The notes beneath the pieces are model-generated. The model saw nothing but the letters and a program-made list of their open reading frames with translations, was not told where the DNA came from and made no database searches. The translations under genes were made by a program, and so were the position numbers. A DNA stretch of 64,000 bases from a virus, in IMG/VR virus record IMGVR_UViG_3300037963_003785, positions 23,554 to 87,553 of that record; one strand, given 5' to 3'. Numbering within the stretch: the stretch's first letter is position 1; each line of letters starts with the position of its first letter. Positions 60,804-64,000 of the stretch are shown one piece after another.

Positions 60804-60814
60804 AATAATAAATA

Positions 60815-61825
60815 TTAAGAATTGTAAATCTGAAGATATTGGTTGACCCATTCTTCTTTGTTATCATACTTTTTTAAAAAACTTCTAAGACTTTCCAAAA
60901 TATCTCCTCTATCTTTTTCAGACAAACTTTCTATTTCCTTTAATCGTTTATCAAACTCTTCTTTACCAAATGCTCTAAATGGATACGAATATTCTTTTAA
61001 CCAATCGTGTGCTAATATAGGAATCTTTCCATAATCAACAGCTTGAAAAATAGAATATCCAAATGGTTCGTTTAGGTGACAAGAATGTGAAATACCCCAA
61101 TCTTGTTTTTTGAAAAATCTATGAACGTTATCATATTTGTATTGATAAACCCTCGTGTATTCAAATCTATATCCTTGTTTTTTCCAATAATTAAAATCAC
61201 CTAAGTCTGTTAATACTTGACTATCTACACCATCTAAATAGTGAACTCCCTTTCTTGTTTCTACTCGTGCAGCAAAACCAACTCTGTTATTCATACAAGT
61301 TGGTAAATTATTTTTAAATTCATAAAAATTAGGTATATCAATTATATTATCAACCTTATCATGTAATGGTGTTTTATCTAAACCAATCCATATATTATGT
61401 TCAGATAATTCTGCAACTTCCCTTTCCCATTCTAATGATGAAGCAAAATGTAATGGATTTTTAATACCCATTTGATATCCTGCCTTCATTGATAAGTCCA
61501 ATGAAACATGAATAACATTTGAATATATCTTATCCTTATTTTTGTATATTGATTTATGTGGTGTATAATATCCATGTAGAATATTAATCCTACGTGCATT
61601 TCCAATTATGTTATCAAACTCCTTTGGTTCATCCCCTTGCCAAATTATTTCAAGATTATCTATTTTATTTCTCTGAAACGTAGCAGGTCTAACTCGATGA
61701 ATCATAAGTTTAGACGGATGTTTTAGTTTTGGTGCAACATTATCAATCCAATGATTTACCCAAACATCAGAACCACCATAAATTAAATCTCCACCACCTG
61801 TGGAATAGTAAACATCGTAACTCAT
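60815..61825 (-). CDS. GT-B (GT4-like) glycosyltransferase
   Basis: GGSDVWV, GFAARVETRKG, EPFGYSIFQAVDYGKIP. Confidence 0.75.
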   Translation of the reverse strand: MSYDVYYSTGGGDLIYGGSDVWVNHWIDNVAPKLKHPSKLMIHRVRPATFQRNKIDNLEIIWQGDEPKEFDNIIGNARRINILHGYYTPHKSIYKNKDKIYSNVIHVSLDLSMKAGYQMGIKNPLHFASSLEWEREVAELSEHNIWIGLDKTPLHDKVDNIIDIPNFYEFKNNLPTCMNNRVGFAARVETRKGVHYLDGVDSQVLTDLGDFNYWKKQGYRFEYTRVYQYKYDNVHRFFKKQDWGISHSCHLNEPFGYSIFQAVDYGKIPILAHDWLKEYSYPFRAFGKEEFDKRLKEIESLSEKDRGDILESLRSFLKKYDNKEEWVNQYLQIYNS

Positions 61826-62856
61826 TATTTATCATGTACGTTGTGTGCACAATATCCATCTGCAAAAAAGACATCAACATCCTCAACGTTTAAATTTATT
61901 GTTTCACACTCTTCTTCAATAAAGTCTATCGTGTGAACATATTCTAAAGTATTATTTGATTTAAAAATTTCATCACCTATTAATAAATTTCTAACTGTTT
62001 GAAACATATAAGAACCACTTCTATGTATTAACAATGGATGTTCATATGTAACTTGTAAAACACCATTAATGTGATAATAAGAATCAAACCAATCGTAGTA
62101 AATATTATATACGGTTGTTGAATCAAAATATCCATTTAATTGTGTATCGTTCCAAGCCTTCCATAAATCTCCAGAGTCAAAGTCAAGTGGATAAGAAGCT
62201 CTGTAACTATATAGTTTATCTCCAATATCCACGTCTTCAATATTTTTGTGAGTTAATCCATCTTCCATAAGTATTTTAGTACCAGCTAAAAAACATCCCC
62301 CACCACCATAAGTATCATATTCTGCACCATAAAACTCATCAAATCTTATAGGATGAAATGCTGATGGAAGTGAACCAGTTACAGGCCCACCTGCATACCA
62401 ATTCCAATTCTTTCTATTAACATCAGAGATAGTAGAAAAGTCTTGATACAAATCGTGTATGTCGGAATTAGCAGTATTATAACTAACTCCTTTCTCAACA
62501 TTAATATCAGATATACTCATTGATGTATCTTGTACAAGTATTGGTTGAATTATACAACCTTGACCAGGTGCATCAGATATACCTATAGATTCATGTGCAC
62601 CTGCATAATAAGTACCACCCGTAGCTGTCCACGAACCAGAAGTATAATGTCCCCACGAACCAGAAGAATAATCAGAACCTGAATTAGTAATTGTTGCAGA
62701 CGTAATTACTCCATTCGTAGAACCAATTGTTCCTGTAAATCCACTACCTTGTCCTTTTGAACGCATGGTAATGTTATATGTCTGTCCATGTCCGTATCCA
62801 GAACCACTCGCGAGGATAACTAAACCACCGACTTTAAAACCACCTTGTAAGGCCAT
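61825..62856 (-). CDS. Tail-fibre-associated protein with C-terminal Hint domain (61840-62295)
   Basis: SISDINVE.G..FDEFYG, GGGG-CFLAGTKILM.DG..IEDV.IGD..VTYEHP..NLNVE..FFADG..AHN-VHDK. Confidence 0.8.
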   Translation of the reverse strand: MALQGGFKVGGLVILASGSGYGHGQTYNITMRSKGQGSGFTGTIGSTNGVITSATITNSGSDYSSGSWGHYTSGSWTATGGTYYAGAHESIGISDAPGQGCIIQPILVQDTSMSISDINVEKGVSYNTANSDIHDLYQDFSTISDVNRKNWNWYAGGPVTGSLPSAFHPIRFDEFYGAEYDTYGGGGCFLAGTKILMEDGLTHKNIEDVDIGDKLYSYRASYPLDFDSGDLWKAWNDTQLNGYFDSTTVYNIYYDWFDSYYHINGVLQVTYEHPLLIHRSGSYMFQTVRNLLIGDEIFKSNNTLEYVHTIDFIEEECETINLNVEDVDVFFADGYCAHNVHDK

Positions 62857-63299
62857 TATTGCCCCTCTAATTTATTAATTCTGTCTTTTAAATTTTCTAT
62901 TGTAGATTGTTGTTCTTTTATAGCCTCAACCAATAATGGAATAACACCTTCATAATTTACAGCCTTAATTCCATTCTCACGTGTTATAACTATTTCAGGT
63001 AAAACCTTTTCTACTTCTTGTGCAATTAATCCAACATCTTCACCTTTGTCTTGTTGAACTTGATGTGATTTTTCATTCCAAGTAAATTGTATACCACTTA
63101 ATTGTTGCACTTTAAATACGGCGTTCTCTATGGGTCTAATATTCTCCTTTAATTGTATATCTGAAGAATAGTAGGCAGTAATATTGTCTGTGGCCATAAT
63201 TTGGCCAGTAACAAGAAGTTGTACGGGTGGGTCTGAACTACCACCTATGTGTACTTCTTCTGTCGTATGTAGATAACTACCTGCGTCTGTAAAAGCCAT
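62856..63299 (-). CDS. Short fibre peptide with peptidase S74 intramolecular chaperone
   Basis: ITAYYS-SDIQLKENI, GLIAQEVEKVLPE, V.YEG.IPLLVEAIKE plus coiled coil. Confidence 0.9.
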   Translation of the reverse strand: MAFTDAGSYLHTTEEVHIGGSSDPPVQLLVTGQIMATDNITAYYSSDIQLKENIRPIENAVFKVQQLSGIQFTWNEKSHQVQQDKGEDVGLIAQEVEKVLPEIVITRENGIKAVNYEGVIPLLVEAIKEQQSTIENLKDRINKLEGQ

Positions 63300-63310
63300 A
63301 TTTTAATTTC

Positions 63311-63649
63311 CTATAAAAATATTATTGCTGCTATTCCGTCTCTACCATCACTACCAGGATTACCTTTACTTCCATCACTCCCAAAAGTTGAAGTACCTTT
63401 TGCACCAAGAGCACCACCAGAACCACCCTCTGCCTGTAATCCATTGTCAGCTGTTGCTGTAAAAGATTCGAATTTGATTTTTAAACTACCATCCGTTATA
63501 GTTTTATTATTTGTAAACGTTCCAAGAGGTGTACGTCCTGCACCTATCGGTGATTCTGCAGATGTAATAATCAAAATACATCCTGCATTACCACCAGCTC
63601 CGCCAGCTCCGCCGCCTCCGCCGCCGCCTTGTCTACTAATTAATGCCAT
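63311..63649 (-). CDS. Gly-rich (polyglycine II-type) tail-tip protein
   Basis: GGGGGGGAGGAGGNAGCILI..LQAEGGSGG..GSDGRDG; SD AGGAG. Confidence 0.6.
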   Translation of the reverse strand: MALISRQGGGGGGGAGGAGGNAGCILIITSAESPIGAGRTPLGTFTNNKTITDGSLKIKFESFTATADNGLQAEGGSGGALGAKGTSTFGSDGSKGNPGSDGRDGIAAIIFL

Positions 63650-63681
63650 ATCTAACTCCTATTTTAATTAATATATTCATT

Positions 63682-63999
63682 TTAAATTAAATTGTCGCCT
63701 CCTTGTCCACCTTGTCCACCTCGACCACCATTACCACCATCAGCTTGAATTTTTAAATCTCCGTATTGACTATTACTACCTGGATTGTAAATGTTCATAG
63801 CGTTTCTTTGTCTATTATAAGTGCTGGTTGACTTCCAAAAGTCAATAAATTTTGCACATACAAGTACAGAACCACCATTACCGCCGGCTCCGCCACCGCC
63901 TCCACCTCCTCCTCCTCCAAAGGAAGATTTGTTTTGAAGAACTCCAGTTTCAGTTGCAGTAGAACCACCACCACCTGAACCACCAGAGCCACCAACATT
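63682..63999 (-). CDS. C-terminus of Gly-rich fibre/adhesin (5' end beyond window)
   Basis: My translation: NVGGSGGSGGGG..FGGGGGGGGGGAGGNGGSVLVCA..LKIQADGGNGGRGGQGGQGGDNLI*; different frame from the track's 63795 ORF. Confidence 0.75.
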   Translation of the reverse strand, partial: NVGGSGGSGGGGSTATETGVLQNKSSFGGGGGGGGGGAGGNGGSVLVCAKFIDFWKSTSTYNRQRNAMNIYNPGSNSQYGDLKIQADGGNGGRGGQGGQGGDNLI

Positions 64000-64000
64000 A

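Noticed and set aside
59358-62295. Hint domains as mobile splicing inteins
   Set aside because: No +1 nucleophile, no endonuclease, terminal position, and not inserted in a conserved enzyme.
812-63671. Other short plus-strand ORFs and nested minus-strand ORFs in the track
   Set aside because: All overlap well-supported minus-strand genes and lack recognisable motifs.
63795-63998. 67-aa minus ORF with poly-V/E
   Set aside because: Off-frame reading of the Gly-rich gene ending at 63682.
1-64000. Stop-codon recoding as seen in some large phages
   Set aside because: Long conserved genes are intact in code 11, and TAA, TAG and TGA all end genes at sensible, often overlapping, boundaries.
1-64000. 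tRNA, CRISPR array, DGR, integrase or introns
   Set aside because: None visible; the gaps are too short and TerL, portal and MCP appear uninterrupted. Not machine-scanned.

Overview
This window is 64 kb of an AT-rich, large T4-like (myovirus-type) dsDNA phage genome in standard genetic code, with essentially every real gene on the minus strand. In transcription order (right to left) it contains four blocks. (1) Tail-tip/fibre genes: Gly-rich proteins, a mini protein with a peptidase-S74 chaperone, and two proteins with C-terminal Hint domains flanking a glycosyltransferase. (2) A ~37 kb island of ~38 genes for nucleotide-sugar synthesis, glycosyltransfer and glycan tailoring, with no recognisable export or polymerase membrane genes. 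(3) The head module: TerL, portal, prohead protease, several lysine-rich modular proteins punctuated by (V/L/I)-x-E sites, ribosomal protein bS21, scaffold and major capsid protein. (4) Neck/tail-completion genes and a cadherin-repeat protein running off the left edge. The strongest candidate new biology is twofold. First, a phage-encoded virion O-glycosylation system: outer virion proteins are studded with [S/T]-[G/A/S]-S tripeptides, and three GT7 enzymes carry inserted LamG domains. Second, a capsid-cargo system in which leader-tagged polyproteins appear to be cut by the prohead protease into modules. There are also structured RNA leaders before the scaffold/capsid and gmd genes, and an ATATTTAT(A/T) motif in most intergenic gaps. 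All family calls come from motif recognition by eye; no searches were run.
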